Shown: piece by piece, positions 9,862-19,829 of the stretch
How positions within the stretch are numbered: the stretch's first letter is position 1
Layout: each line of letters begins with the position of its first letter
DNA from: an uncultured Gammaproteobacteria bacterium
GTDB taxonomy: Bacteria; Pseudomonadota; Gammaproteobacteria; Pseudomonadales; Porticoccaceae
Assembly: GCA_942492235.1 (NCBI GenBank)
Contig: CALODO010000004.1
Coordinates: 85,571 to 149,570, forward strand
Length of the DNA stretch: 64,000 nucleotides
Direction: 5' to 3'
Notes under the pieces: model-generated
Database searches by the model: none
Told to the model about the DNA's origin: nothing
Seen by the model: the letters and a program-made list of their open reading frames with translations, nothing else
Made by a program: the position numbers and the translations under genes

Positions 9862-11124
9862 ATGAAAACCTTTCTTGTTGGCGGCGCTGTCCGTGATCGC
9901 TTACTCGGCATACCGGTTACCGACCGGGACTGGATGGTGGTGGGTAGCTCCCCAGAAGAAATGCTCAAGGCCGGCTATCGGCCTGTCGGCAAGGACTTCC
10001 CGGTCTTTATTCACCCCGAGTCGGGGGAAGAGTACGCATTGGCACGCACCGAACGTAAAACCGGGCGCGGCCACGGTGATTTCACCTTTTATACTAGTCC
10101 TGATGTTACTCTGGAAGAAGATCTATTACGCCGCGACTTTACCATCAACGCCATCGTCGAGGATGTATCTGGCAAACTGATTGACCCCTTTGGCGGTCAG
10201 CAGGACCTTAACGCCAGAATACTGAGGCATGTCTCCAGGGCCTTTATCGAAGACCCATTACGCGTATTGCGAGCCGCCCGTTTTGCCGCGCGATTCAAGC
10301 ATCTAGGTTTCACCATCGCAGAAGAAACTCGGCAATTGATGGTGCAAATTGTCGCCAGTGGCCAGCTACAGGAACTCAGTGCAGAGCGGATCTGGCAGGA
10401 AACCCAAAAAGCCCTGTCTGAAGGGTCACCCCGCACCTATATCGAGAGTCTGCGAGATTGTGGTGCGCTCGCCGTACTGCTTCCGGAAGTGGATCGTTTG
10501 TTTGGCGTGCCCCAGCGAGCGGATTATCACCCGGAGATTGACACCGGCCTGCATACCTTGATGGCCCTCGATAAAGCCGTCGAACTGAGCGATAGTCCAG
10601 AGGTTCGCTACGCCGTTCTGGTCCATGATCTCGGCAAAGGTATCACCCCGGAAGATATCTTGCCTCGCCACATTGGTCATGAAGAAAAGGGTGTACCTCT
10701 GGTCGAGGCGGTGTCAAAAAGGTTGCGCGTGCCAAAGCGGTTTCTCAAAGTCGCCGTCGCTGTCACTCGCTTTCATTTACAGTGCCATAAGATAGATACT
10801 TTGCGACCTAAGACGATCCTCAAGTTACTAAAGGGCCTGGATATATTCCGTAACCCTGAACAGCTGGATCTGTTTTTACTGTCCTGTGAGGCCGATGCGC
10901 GGGGCAGGACTAATTTCGAAAAGCAGCCTTACCCTTCTGCAGTTTGGTTAAAGGATTTGGTCAGTGAAATTAACTGTCTGACCACCGGGGAACTGATCAA
11001 GGCGGGCTTCAAAGGTGTTGCTCTCGGTGAAGAACTCAATAAGCTAAGACTTGAAACCATTAGTCAGTACAAAATAGCCAACCCCAAAACTACTAATATC
11101 AACATGACCACAAATCATGTCTAA
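9862..11124 (+). CDS. cca: multifunctional CCA tRNA nucleotidyltransferase / phosphohydrolase
   Basis: 420 aa. N-terminal MKTFLVGGAVRDRLLG polymerase-beta-type motif and a central HD domain (LVHDLGK). Confidence 0.93.
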   Translation: MKTFLVGGAVRDRLLGIPVTDRDWMVVGSSPEEMLKAGYRPVGKDFPVFIHPESGEEYALARTERKTGRGHGDFTFYTSPDVTLEEDLLRRDFTINAIVEDVSGKLIDPFGGQQDLNARILRHVSRAFIEDPLRVLRAARFAARFKHLGFTIAEETRQLMVQIVASGQLQELSAERIWQETQKALSEGSPRTYIESLRDCGALAVLLPEVDRLFGVPQRADYHPEIDTGLHTLMALDKAVELSDSPEVRYAVLVHDLGKGITPEDILPRHIGHEEKGVPLVEAVSKRLRVPKRFLKVAVAVTRFHLQCHKIDTLRPKTILKLLKGLDIFRNPEQLDLFLLSCEADARGRTNFEKQPYPSAVWLKDLVSEINCLTTGELIKAGFKGVALGEELNKLRLETISQYKIANPKTTNINMTTNHV

Positions 11125-11872
11125 AACAAAACAACCACCTGTCGTCCTTATCACCGGAGCCGCACGCCGTATCGGTGCCTGCATTGCTCGACGACTTCAC
11201 CAAAGCCAGTATCAAATCATTATTCACTACCAGAACTCCGCTGCCGAGGCCGAAGCGCTGAGCGAGGAACTAAACAATCTACGGCCCGATTCTGCCTGCG
11301 CTATAAAGGCTGATCTGTGCGATATTTCCTCTGTCCAGATTCTCGCTAGCAGCGGTCTCGAGCATTGGGGCCGGATAGATGCACTGGTCAACAACGCGTC
11401 GAGTTTTTACCCAACGCCCCTGCCTGACGCCACTCCTGATCAGTGGCAGGCATTGTTTGGCAGTAATTTGCAGGGACCGTTTTTTCTTTGCCAGGCACTT
11501 AGTAAAGAATTAGTTGGACGACATGGCAGCATCGTCAATATCGCGGATATCCACGCTCGCCAGCCGCTAAGTGAACACAGTATTTATTGTATGGCCAAGG
11601 CTGGCAACCTCATGCTCACCAAGACTATGGCTAAAGAATTGGCACCCCAGGTCAGCGTCAATGGCATAGCTCCTGGGGTTATTCTCTGGCCAGAGAATGA
11701 GCAATCCCCAGGTACTGAAAAGAATCAGCAGAATATGCTGAGTAGAATACCCATGAACCGCATGGGCAAGCCCGGTGACATCGCCCAGTTAGCGCATTTT
11801 TTGATCACGTCTCCAGGCTACATCAACGGCCAAACTATTGCCGTTGATGGCGGTAAACACCTGATTTTGTGA
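11117..11872 (+). CDS. short-chain dehydrogenase, pteridine/dihydromonapterin reductase-like (FolM/PTR1-like)
   Basis: 251 aa. TGAARRIG Rossmann motif, NNASSFYPTP, and YCMAKAG (Y-x3-K). 8-nt overlap with the cca stop. Lies next to folK-folB. Confidence 0.7.
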   Translation: MSKTKQPPVVLITGAARRIGACIARRLHQSQYQIIIHYQNSAAEAEALSEELNNLRPDSACAIKADLCDISSVQILASSGLEHWGRIDALVNNASSFYPTPLPDATPDQWQALFGSNLQGPFFLCQALSKELVGRHGSIVNIADIHARQPLSEHSIYCMAKAGNLMLTKTMAKELAPQVSVNGIAPGVILWPENEQSPGTEKNQQNMLSRIPMNRMGKPGDIAQLAHFLITSPGYINGQTIAVDGGKHLIL

Positions 11873-12160
11873 AAACTGAAGTCTGTCAATGACAGATAAC
11901 TTTCAGGGGTTGATAAACCTACCAATCAAACCACACTACCAATTTATTTTTAAGACTCTAATAAGCTGCCACAACCTTGACTCTATTTAGCGTTAGACAA
12001 CTGACGCTATATCAACAGTATTCTGAACCAACAGTATTCTGAGCCGGCTAACTCTGCGTCAAGCTTAATTAAAAACTCCGGCGAGCTGTCTTTACGCCCT
12101 AAGTCCTCCATTCTTTATGCCCGACGCCCGCCACAATGTACCAGGGACCGAAATGATAGC

Positions 12161-12697
12161 TCACTTGAAACCAGCAGATAATTGTCGGCCTTGCCAGACA
12201 AAATCAACCGGCCAGAGTTTTTGTTCATCGGTGTTCATACGTGCTGCAAGGTCACAATAGGTCTGTCGGTTCACCGGATGGAGCTCTTGTCCGGCTATAT
12301 CCGCCAAAGGTATGAGTACAAAAGCATTTTTTAGTATTTCATCTCGAGGCAAAGCCACCTGGTCAATAATACCGACACGTTGTCCGTAGGTAAGGATATC
12401 TATGTCGAGAGTTCTTGGCCCGAACTTGACGCCATCACGTCGTCGTCCATTGTCCTGCTCAATAGTTCTCATGATCAGGGCTAACTGAGCGACCGGTAGC
12501 TCCGTATCGATACCTACCACTAGGTTATAGAAGTTCTCGCCACTAAAACCGATAGATTCACTTTCGAATACCCTGGAAATAATCAGCTCACCAAAGTCTT
12601 TCGCCAGGGCATCCAGAGCCCTTGCGACGTATACATCGCGGTCTATATTACTGCCGATACTGAGATATACCCGTTGTGGCCCGGTGGATTTATTCAT
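12161..12697 (-). CDS. folK: 2-amino-4-hydroxy-6-hydroxymethyldihydropteridine diphosphokinase
   Basis: 178 aa. RVYLSIGSNI start, GPRTLDIDIL motif, and adjacency to folB. Confidence 0.9.
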   Translation of the reverse strand: MNKSTGPQRVYLSIGSNIDRDVYVARALDALAKDFGELIISRVFESESIGFSGENFYNLVVGIDTELPVAQLALIMRTIEQDNGRRRDGVKFGPRTLDIDILTYGQRVGIIDQVALPRDEILKNAFVLIPLADIAGQELHPVNRQTYCDLAARMNTDEQKLWPVDFVWQGRQLSAGFK

Positions 12698-13113
12698 TGC
12701 GATCTAATACCCGGCGCTGAATCCCTGTCGGGATCCGAATTTGGAATAGAGCCCGGGCCTTTGACCCCTCTTTCAATAATTAGCCCGACATCCCTGGAAC
12801 CCCGTAGTGCACCGGGTTTGCTGAGCCTCAACTTCACCCAGGACACATTAAATTCTTTAACAACAATTTGAGCAACCTCCTCCGCCAGTCGCTCAACAAG
12901 CAGACAACTACTGCCTTCGATAAAGCTGATCAGGCGCTTAGCCACCGCCTTGTAGTTAAGTGCGTCCTCAATATTATCGCTCCGAGCGGCTTTGCTGATA
13001 TCCGCTGCCATATCCAGATCAATTGAAATCGTCTGGCGAACCTCACGCTCCCAGTCATAAATGCCGATAATTGTCTCGACCTGCAAATCACGGATATAAA
13101 CAATGTCCATCAT
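12694..13113 (-). CDS. folB: dihydroneopterin aldolase
   Basis: 139 aa. DIVYIRDLQVETIIGIYDWER and the KPGAL motif are typical of FolB. Stop abuts the folK start. About 20 aa of non-conserved C-terminal tail. Confidence 0.85.
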   Translation of the reverse strand: MMDIVYIRDLQVETIIGIYDWEREVRQTISIDLDMAADISKAARSDNIEDALNYKAVAKRLISFIEGSSCLLVERLAEEVAQIVVKEFNVSWVKLRLSKPGALRGSRDVGLIIERGVKGPGSIPNSDPDRDSAPGIRSQ

Positions 13114-13160
13114 GCTTCCTGTTGTACTGGCTTAACACTGCCTGAGTGCTCAATTAAGAT

Positions 13161-14207
13161 TCAGGATAGTAACCCGTCGTCGATTGAGGCCAAAGTATCC
13201 ATCGGCCAGCGCGGCTGCGCGTAGATGGCCAAATCATCCTGCTGACCCGCCAGTAAGCGCTGGCAACCCGCGTAGGCGATCATCGCACCATTGTCGGTAC
13301 AGAATTCATTGCGGGCATAAAACACAGAGGCATCGAGTTTGGCTAAAGCATGAGTAAGACGTTCCCGAAGTAGAACGTTGGCCGATACACCTCCCGCCAT
13401 TACTAGCACTTTTAGCCCAGTTTGCTCTAAGGCACGACGACATTTGATCACCAGTGTATCGACCACCGCATTTTGAAAAGCACAGGCGATATCAGCCATG
13501 GTTTGCTCATCAGGCAGCACATCATCACCCCGATGATCGGCAACCGTGTTCAGGGTGAAGGTCTTAAGGCCAGAAAAACTGAAGTCCAGACCCGGCCGAT
13601 CGGTCATGGGTCTGGGGAAGGTAAAACGCTCAGCGTTGCCCTGCTCAGCAAGACGGGCGATTCTCGGACCGCCAGGGTAGTCCAAATCTAACATCTTGGC
13701 GACCTTATCAAAGGCCTCACCTGCGGCATCATCTAGAGATTCCCCCAGGATTTCGTAATCTCCGATACCTGCCACAGAAACGAGCTGGGTATGTCCGCCG
13801 GATACCAGTAAGGCTACAAAGGGAAACGATGGCGGATTATATTCGAGCATAGGCGCCAGCAAATGACCTTCCATATGATGCACTCCCAGAGCAGGGATAC
13901 CCCAGGCATAGGCCAGAGAGCGACCCACCGCACCTCCGACCATTAAGGCTCCAATCAGGCCGGGGCCAGCCGTATAAGCAATACCGGTAATATCCTGCTG
14001 CGTGCAATTTGCCTCAGCCAGTACCTGGCGAATCATGGGCAGTAATTTACGCACATGATCTCGGGAAGCCAGCTCGGGGACAACACCCCCATATTCTGCA
14101 TGCTCTACAACCTGACTATATAAGGCATCTGCCAGTAATCCCGCGTCGCTATCGTAAATAGCTACGCCGGTTTCATCACAGGAGGTTTCTATACCCAATA
14201 CGCGCAT
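13161..14207 (-). CDS. tsaD: tRNA N6-adenosine threonylcarbamoyltransferase
   Basis: 348 aa. [14 protein letters not shown], the HHMEGH metal motif, and divergent from rpsU as in many gammaproteobacteria. Confidence 0.95.
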   Translation of the reverse strand: MRVLGIETSCDETGVAIYDSDAGLLADALYSQVVEHAEYGGVVPELASRDHVRKLLPMIRQVLAEANCTQQDITGIAYTAGPGLIGALMVGGAVGRSLAYAWGIPALGVHHMEGHLLAPMLEYNPPSFPFVALLVSGGHTQLVSVAGIGDYEILGESLDDAAGEAFDKVAKMLDLDYPGGPRIARLAEQGNAERFTFPRPMTDRPGLDFSFSGLKTFTLNTVADHRGDDVLPDEQTMADIACAFQNAVVDTLVIKCRRALEQTGLKVLVMAGGVSANVLLRERLTHALAKLDASVFYARNEFCTDNGAMIAYAGCQRLLAGQQDDLAIYAQPRWPMDTLASIDDGLLS

Positions 14208-14321
14208 ATTCTTCTTTCATCGCCCAGGGGCTGGGCATCATAATGTGGGACGCATCGCAAAACCACCCCGAATTCATATGCTTAGACCTCTGCCACTAAG
14301 TGAGTCGCCGTAAATAAATTT

Positions 14322-14350
14322 TTGCAAGCGAGTGGGTATATGTATAGAAT
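14322..14350 (+). promoter_or_regulatory. candidate sigma70 promoter of rpsU (TTGCAA-N17-TAGAAT) with GC-rich discriminator
   Basis: Hexamers at 14322-14327 and 14345-14350 with exact 17-nt spacing, followed by GCCCGCCC (a stringent-type discriminator). 43 nt upstream of the rpsU ATG. Confidence 0.45.
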
Positions 14351-14393
14351 GCCCGCCCTGACTAAACCACATGACATTTGAACAAGGGAAGAT

Positions 14394-14609
14394 ATGCCAT
14401 CAGTACGCCTTAAAGAGAACGAACCTTTCGATATCGCATTACGCCGCTTCAAGCGATCCTGCGAAAAAGCCGGGATTCTGGCGGAGGTTCGTCGCAAGGA
14501 ATTCTACGAGAAACCTACCTGGAGCCGCAAGCGCAAAGCCGCTGCTGCTGTTAAGCGTCACGCTAAAAAGCTTCAACGCGAATCTAAAAAGTTTGATCGT
14601 ATGTACTAA
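14394..14609 (+). CDS. rpsU: 30S ribosomal protein S21
   Basis: 71 aa. [42 protein letters not shown] is near-identical in pattern to E. coli S21. Confidence 0.97.
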   Translation: MPSVRLKENEPFDIALRRFKRSCEKAGILAEVRRKEFYEKPTWSRKRKAAAAVKRHAKKLQRESKKFDRMY

Positions 14610-14700
14610 AATCTCTCGGAGATTAAACCACAGCCACGCATCCACAATGGGCCAGTAACCCGTGCTGCTAGAGCACCATTGAACGCCACAGCTAGCCGTG

Positions 14701-14730
14701 AAAAAAGCGCCTCCGTAATGGCGCTTTTTT
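14701..14730 (+). terminator. rho-independent terminator downstream of rpsU
   Basis: AAAAAAGCGCC / GGCGCTTTTTT, an 11-bp perfect stem with an 8-nt loop. The T-run is part of the 3' arm. Confidence 0.8.
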
Positions 14731-14913
14731 GAGCTCCACGGCCAGATTATTCTGACCAGGTTTTTTTCAGCACATTGTTGTAAGCAAAAACATATTTATC
14801 ATGGGCTAGACTGATGGTAGAGGCTTATACAAATCTAAACTCTACAAGCTATACCATCACTTATCCAAAATCTGAAAAACAATCAACGATATAACTCTAA
14901 TAGTAGCCAGATC

Positions 14914-15372
14914 ATGACTGACAACACGCTTAAAAGCATCATTAGCGCTGCCATGAAAGATGCTATGCGCGCCAAAGACAAACCGCGCCTGGGAGCAATC
15001 CGGCTTATCCTCGCCGACATTAAACGTATTGAAGTCGATGAGCGCATTGATATCGACGACACTCGCGTACTGGCCATTCTCGATAAGATGACCAAACAGC
15101 GTCGAGATTCAATCGCCCAATTTAATGCCGCAGGACGAGACGATTTATCGGCCCAGGAAGAAGTCGAGTTAGCGATCATTGCAGAATTCCTACCCACCGC
15201 TTTGAACGACCATGAGCTTGATGAACTTATTGCTAGCGCCATCAATGACAGCAAAGCCGAGTCTATGCGGGATATGGGTAAAGTCATGAGTATCCTTAAG
15301 CCACAACTCCAGGGTCGAGCCGACATTGGTGCGGTGAGCCAGCTTATAAAAGCTAAACTAGGTGCACTTTAG
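14914..15372 (+). CDS. yqeY: GatB/YqeY domain-containing protein
   Basis: 152 aa. LKSIISAAMKDAMRAKDK...LSAQEEVELAIIAEFLP is typical of the YqeY family. Conserved rpsU-yqeY-dnaG position. Confidence 0.85.
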   Translation: MTDNTLKSIISAAMKDAMRAKDKPRLGAIRLILADIKRIEVDERIDIDDTRVLAILDKMTKQRRDSIAQFNAAGRDDLSAQEEVELAIIAEFLPTALNDHELDELIASAINDSKAESMRDMGKVMSILKPQLQGRADIGAVSQLIKAKLGAL

Positions 15373-15547
15373 TTGGTTTAGGGAGTATCAACATAAGCCA
15401 CCGCCCGGTGGGTAAAACGGTAATCCAGCGGCAATAATCGAACATCTGGCTCGGCACCTTACGTTCATCTCTGGTGATAATGGAAAGCCTCATAATTAAA
15501 TAGCTCTCGCTGTTAAATACTCTGTGGTTAAATAAGCCCGCTGCCAA

Positions 15548-17626
15548 ATGAGTAAGCGAATGTCCGGAAGAATCCCACAACGGTTTATCGATGACCTGCT
15601 CGACCGAGTCGATATTGTCGATGTCGTGGGCGCCCGCCTCGACTTGCGTAAAACAGGCAAAAACCACTCGGCACGCTGTCCTTTTCACGACGAAAAAACA
15701 CCCTCCTTTTCGGTCAACCCGGACAAGCAATTTTATTATTGCTTTGGTTGCGGGGCAGGTGGCAATGCCCTGGGTTTTGTTATGGACTACGATCGCATCG
15801 ATTTTCCTCGCGCGGTTGAAACCCTCGCCAGCCTGGTGGGTATGGAAGTGCCCACCGAAAGCTCTCGAGATGACGAATACACCAACCAGCGGCGACAACT
15901 CTACGCTGTGCTCGAAACTGCAGATCAATTTTATCGCAGTCAACTACGTGAGCAGACGAGCGAGCAGAGAGACACACTGTCAGACAACGAAGCCGTTGCC
16001 TACCTACGACGCCGCGGTCTGAGCGGCGAAGTAGCCCGCACCTTTGGCATCGGCTTCGCTCCACCGGGCTGGGACAATTTACTCGTCTTAGCCGAGGGCG
16101 ACGAAAGTAAAACCGAACAGTTCATCAATGCTGGCTTACTGGTGGTCAGAGATCAGAACAGAAAAATATATGACCGTTTTCGCCATCGCGTCATGTTCCC
16201 TATTCGCGATAGCCGAGGCCGTACTATCGCCTTTGGCGGCCGCGTTCTAGGTGATGACAAGCCGAAATACCTAAACTCACCCGAAACAGCTGTATTCCAG
16301 AAAGGTCGTGAACTTTACGGCCTCTATGAAGCCAGTCGCGTCGGGAAAAATATGGATAACCTTCTCGTTGTAGAAGGTTATATGGATGTTGTTGCCCTCG
16401 CCCAATTCGGCATCACCAACGCGGTCGCCACCCTCGGCACCGCAGCATCAGTAGCGCATTTAGAAAAAATATTTCGTTACACCAGCATTGTGGTCTTTTG
16501 CTTCGATGGCGATAGTGCCGGGCGTAAAGCTGCGCGCCGAGCTATGGAAACCTGCCTGCCGACCATGAGAGATGGTCGTAGTGCCAAGTTTTTATTCCTC
16601 CCGGACGGCGAAGATCCGGACACCCTGGTACGAAAAATTGGCAGTGAGGCATTCCAGCAGCTTATCGCCAGTGCGACGCCGCTTTCGACATTTATGTTTG
16701 ACACCTTAAGCGTTGGACTGGAGCTAGATCTCCCTGACGATTGCGCGAGGTTAAGTCAGCTGGCCGCATCCTTAATCAATCGTCTGCCCCGAGGAGTATT
16801 CCATCAATTAATGATCGACCAGTTAGCCACAAAAACCGGCATGGCCTCGGGCACGCTAGAAAACCTTATTGTTCAGGAAATCAGTGAACCTGAAGCCTGG
16901 CAAACAACATCGGTAGCCGACAAGGATAGTTATCAAGACACTTACCCGAAACATGACGATTCAGGAAATCACAACCCTGGAAATTACGGCCAAAATTATG
17001 GCCAGAGTTACCCCGAAAACCAGCTAGGCGATCAGATTAGTCACCACGACAAGCGTCAGAATCATCGCACCCAAGTACAGGCTGGGCAAAGACGACCGCA
17101 ACAATCTGACAAAAAAGTCAGCTTGCCCCGAGTGCACTGGTTAATCGCATTACTGGCAAATAATCCGAGTCTAACGCCGATTATTAACCTTGAGCATACA
17201 TCTCAACTGAGCGAATTGAATCACCCGGGGATGGATATATTATTGCCCTTAATCGAGCTGCTCCGCGATCGTCCCAACTACTCACTGAGTAATCTGCTCG
17301 GCTACTGGCGTGGCATGTATGGCGAAGAGCAGGCCAATCTGCTCACCAAAATCGTTAACACCGACCTCTTGACCGCTGCCCAACATACCGACCAATCCAG
17401 CCGCACCCAGGTCGAAGATATCCTCACCAACCTGCTTCGTGATGCGCAACAAAACCAGCCAATCATCCAGCAAATTGAACGTCTGTCAAACAAGTCGCCT
17501 CTCAGCGAGGAAGATCACAAGGCAGCCGTTGAACTGTGGCTCAAACTCAAAGCCGAAGATGCCGCACCGGAATTAATTCTTGCTGTAAAACAATTAGTTA
17601 GCCGGACAGGCCTGGCGAAACAATAG
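15548..17626 (+). CDS. dnaG: DNA primase
   Basis: 692 aa. Zinc-ribbon CPFHDEKTPSFSV...YYCFGCGAGG, a TOPRIM region (LLVVEGYMDVVAL, FDGDSAGRKAA) and a C-terminal helicase-binding domain. The second ATG at 15560 (MSGRIPQRF) may be the true start. Confidence 0.95.
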   Translation: MSKRMSGRIPQRFIDDLLDRVDIVDVVGARLDLRKTGKNHSARCPFHDEKTPSFSVNPDKQFYYCFGCGAGGNALGFVMDYDRIDFPRAVETLASLVGMEVPTESSRDDEYTNQRRQLYAVLETADQFYRSQLREQTSEQRDTLSDNEAVAYLRRRGLSGEVARTFGIGFAPPGWDNLLVLAEGDESKTEQFINAGLLVVRDQNRKIYDRFRHRVMFPIRDSRGRTIAFGGRVLGDDKPKYLNSPETAVFQKGRELYGLYEASRVGKNMDNLLVVEGYMDVVALAQFGITNAVATLGTAASVAHLEKIFRYTSIVVFCFDGDSAGRKAARRAMETCLPTMRDGRSAKFLFLPDGEDPDTLVRKIGSEAFQQLIASATPLSTFMFDTLSVGLELDLPDDCARLSQLAASLINRLPRGVFHQLMIDQLATKTGMASGTLENLIVQEISEPEAWQTTSVADKDSYQDTYPKHDDSGNHNPGNYGQNYGQSYPENQLGDQISHHDKRQNHRTQVQAGQRRPQQSDKKVSLPRVHWLIALLANNPSLTPIINLEHTSQLSELNHPGMDILLPLIELLRDRPNYSLSNLLGYWRGMYGEEQANLLTKIVNTDLLTAAQHTDQSSRTQVEDILTNLLRDAQQNQPIIQQIERLSNKSPLSEEDHKAAVELWLKLKAEDAAPELILAVKQLVSRTGLAKQ

Positions 17627-17648
17627 GCTTGGTCTACACTACACACAG

Positions 17649-17688
17649 GCTTGCAAATAAGAGACAAGCCCCCATTAATACTGTACAA
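17649..17688 (+). promoter_or_regulatory. candidate overlapping sigma32-type (CTTGCAA-N13-CCCCAT) and sigma70-type (GAGACA-N17-TACAAT) promoters upstream of rpoD
   Basis: Hexamer matches read directly from the sequence at 17649-17655 / 17669-17674 and at 17660-17665 / 17683-17688. E. coli rpoD is known to have a heat-shock promoter. Confidence 0.3.
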
Positions 17689-17780
17689 TCGCGCGCTTTA
17701 TTCCCGGCCCGCAAGATCTCGGTTACCAAGATGATCGCCCGACATGATAGTCCCAACCACAGACTGAGCATGAATAATCT

Positions 17781-19619
17781 ATGAGCAAAGCTGCCCACGA
17801 ACAATCCAGGATTAAAGACCTCATAGCCCAAGGACGCGAACAAGGCTTCCTGACCTATGCTGAAGTTAACGACCACCTGCCTGAAGATATATCAGATCCG
17901 GATCAAGTCGAAGATATCATCCAAATGATCAACGACATGGGCATTGGCGTCTACGAGACAGCCCCGGATGCGGACTCTCTGCTCATTTCCAGCGGTGACA
18001 ATTCCGCTGACGAGATCGCCGCCGCCGAAGCCGCCGCCGCCCTCGCTGCCGTAGAAACCGAAAAGCACCGGACCACTGACCCCGTGCGCATGTATATGCG
18101 CGAAATGGGCACGGTCGAATTACTCACCCGTGAAGGCGAAATTGCCATCGCTAAGCGTATAGAAGAGGGTATCCGCGAAGTCATGGCCGCCTCTTCAGAG
18201 TGGCCCGGCAATGTTGAGCGTGTTTTAGAGGAATACGACCTCGTCGCCACTGAACAACGCAAGCTTACCGATATTATCACCGGTTATCTCAACCCCGTTG
18301 AGCACGTTCCTTCGGCCCTCGAACAAGCCAATAAAAAAGCCGCCAAGGAAGCCGCTAACGAGGACAATAACGAAGCAGAAGAAGAGGACGAGGATGAAAA
18401 TGAAGGCGGTCTCGATCCGGTAGAGGCCGAGCGCCGCTTCAGTCAAATTCGTAAGCAAAACGACAAAACTAAGCGTTCCCTGGCGCGCAATGGCCGCAGC
18501 CATCATTCAGCACAAAAAAATCTGGCCGAACTGGGTGAAATATTTAAGTTCCTGAAATTAACACCGCGACAATACGACCCACTGATCGAAGCAGTGCGTA
18601 GCAACCTGACAAGGGTCAGAATTCACGAACGCAATATCATGACTATCTGTATCCGTGAATGTGGCATGTCACGACGGGATTTTATTGAAGACTTCCCGGG
18701 TAACGAAACCAATCCAAAATGGGCCAGTAACCTGGCTCGCCGAAAACAGCCCTATGCGGCGGCGATACGGGAACGTCAGGAAGACATTGCCCGCGAACAG
18801 CAAAAACTCGCGGCAATAGAGGCTGAGCACGGGCTCAGCATTCTTGAAATCAAGGACATGAACCGGCGCATGTCCATTGGGGAAGCAAAATCCAGGCGCG
18901 CCAAAAAAGAAATGGTCGAAGCCAACCTGCGCCTGGTCATTTCAATTGCCAAAAAATATACCAATCGTGGTTTACAGTTTCTCGATCTTATTCAGGAAGG
19001 CAATATCGGCCTCATGAAAGCGGTCGACAAATTTGAATACCGCCGTGGTTATAAATTTTCCACCTACGCCACCTGGTGGATTCGCCAGGCGATTACCCGA
19101 TCCATCGCCGACCAGGCACGCACAATCCGTATACCAGTGCATATGATTGAGACTATCAATAAGCTCAACCGAATTTCCCGACAAATGCTCCAGGAAATGG
19201 GCCGCGAACCAACACCTGAAGAACTTGGTATCCGCATGGAATTGCCGGAAGAAAAAATCCGCAAAGTACTCAAAATTGCCAAAGAACCGATCTCTCTTGA
19301 GACCCCTATCGGCGATGACGAAGATTCCCATCTCGGCGATTTCATCGAAGATATCAATGTCGACTCGCCCGTCAACTCCGCGACCCAGGAAAGTCTCACC
19401 GAGGCTACCCACGAGGTACTCAACGGCCTGACAGCGAGGGAAGCAAAAGTACTGCGGATGCGTTTTGGCATCGATATGAATACCGATCACACCCTTGAGG
19501 AAGTCGGCAAACAGTTTGACGTCACCCGCGAGCGTATTCGTCAGATAGAGGCTAAAGCGTTACGGAAACTACGCCACCCCTCTCGCTCGGAACATATGCG
19601 CAGCTTTCTGGATGAATAA
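17781..19619 (+). CDS. rpoD: RNA polymerase sigma factor RpoD (sigma70)
   Basis: 612 aa. Region 1.1, an acidic insert, the region 2 motif [12 protein letters not shown], and the region 4 motif [11 protein letters not shown]...[30 protein letters not shown]. Confidence 0.97.
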   Translation: MSKAAHEQSRIKDLIAQGREQGFLTYAEVNDHLPEDISDPDQVEDIIQMINDMGIGVYETAPDADSLLISSGDNSADEIAAAEAAAALAAVETEKHRTTDPVRMYMREMGTVELLTREGEIAIAKRIEEGIREVMAASSEWPGNVERVLEEYDLVATEQRKLTDIITGYLNPVEHVPSALEQANKKAAKEAANEDNNEAEEEDEDENEGGLDPVEAERRFSQIRKQNDKTKRSLARNGRSHHSAQKNLAELGEIFKFLKLTPRQYDPLIEAVRSNLTRVRIHERNIMTICIRECGMSRRDFIEDFPGNETNPKWASNLARRKQPYAAAIRERQEDIAREQQKLAAIEAEHGLSILEIKDMNRRMSIGEAKSRRAKKEMVEANLRLVISIAKKYTNRGLQFLDLIQEGNIGLMKAVDKFEYRRGYKFSTYATWWIRQAITRSIADQARTIRIPVHMIETINKLNRISRQMLQEMGREPTPEELGIRMELPEEKIRKVLKIAKEPISLETPIGDDEDSHLGDFIEDINVDSPVNSATQESLTEATHEVLNGLTAREAKVLRMRFGIDMNTDHTLEEVGKQFDVTRERIRQIEAKALRKLRHPSRSEHMRSFLDE

Positions 19620-19712
19620 TGTAGATGTCAAACCGGTTAGCTAGAAGTCTATAAATGCCTGATTAGCGGACCGGCCGGCCGAGAATTTACCAGACACCGT
19701 CAAATTCTAAAT

Positions 19713-19742
19713 CTGGCAGATACGCCAAAAGACTTTTATAAT
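19713..19742 (+). promoter_or_regulatory. candidate sigma70 promoter for the tRNA gene (CTGGCA-N18-TATAAT, GC-rich discriminator)
   Basis: Perfect TATAAT at 19737-19742 followed by ACCCGCCCG. The -35 matches 4/6. About 88 nt upstream of the mature tRNA 5' end. Confidence 0.3.
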
Positions 19743-19829
19743 ACCCGCCCGTCGTAGCAATAAGCCCCAGGGCGACAATGGCACGAGCAGTTAGCGCCAA
19801 AGACTTAATAAACTCACTAACATAGTTCC

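Noticed and set aside
15353-15943. 196-aa minus-strand ORF spanning the yqeY-dnaG junction. Similar long antisense ORFs lie in rpoD (18972-19490, 19064-19471), gltD (38779-39327), the acyl-CoA synthetase gene, uvrA (6869-7246) and elsewhere.
   Set aside because: All lie opposite highly conserved housekeeping genes. Their open frames are explained by the codon bias of the sense strand, and none has recognisable motifs or translation signals.
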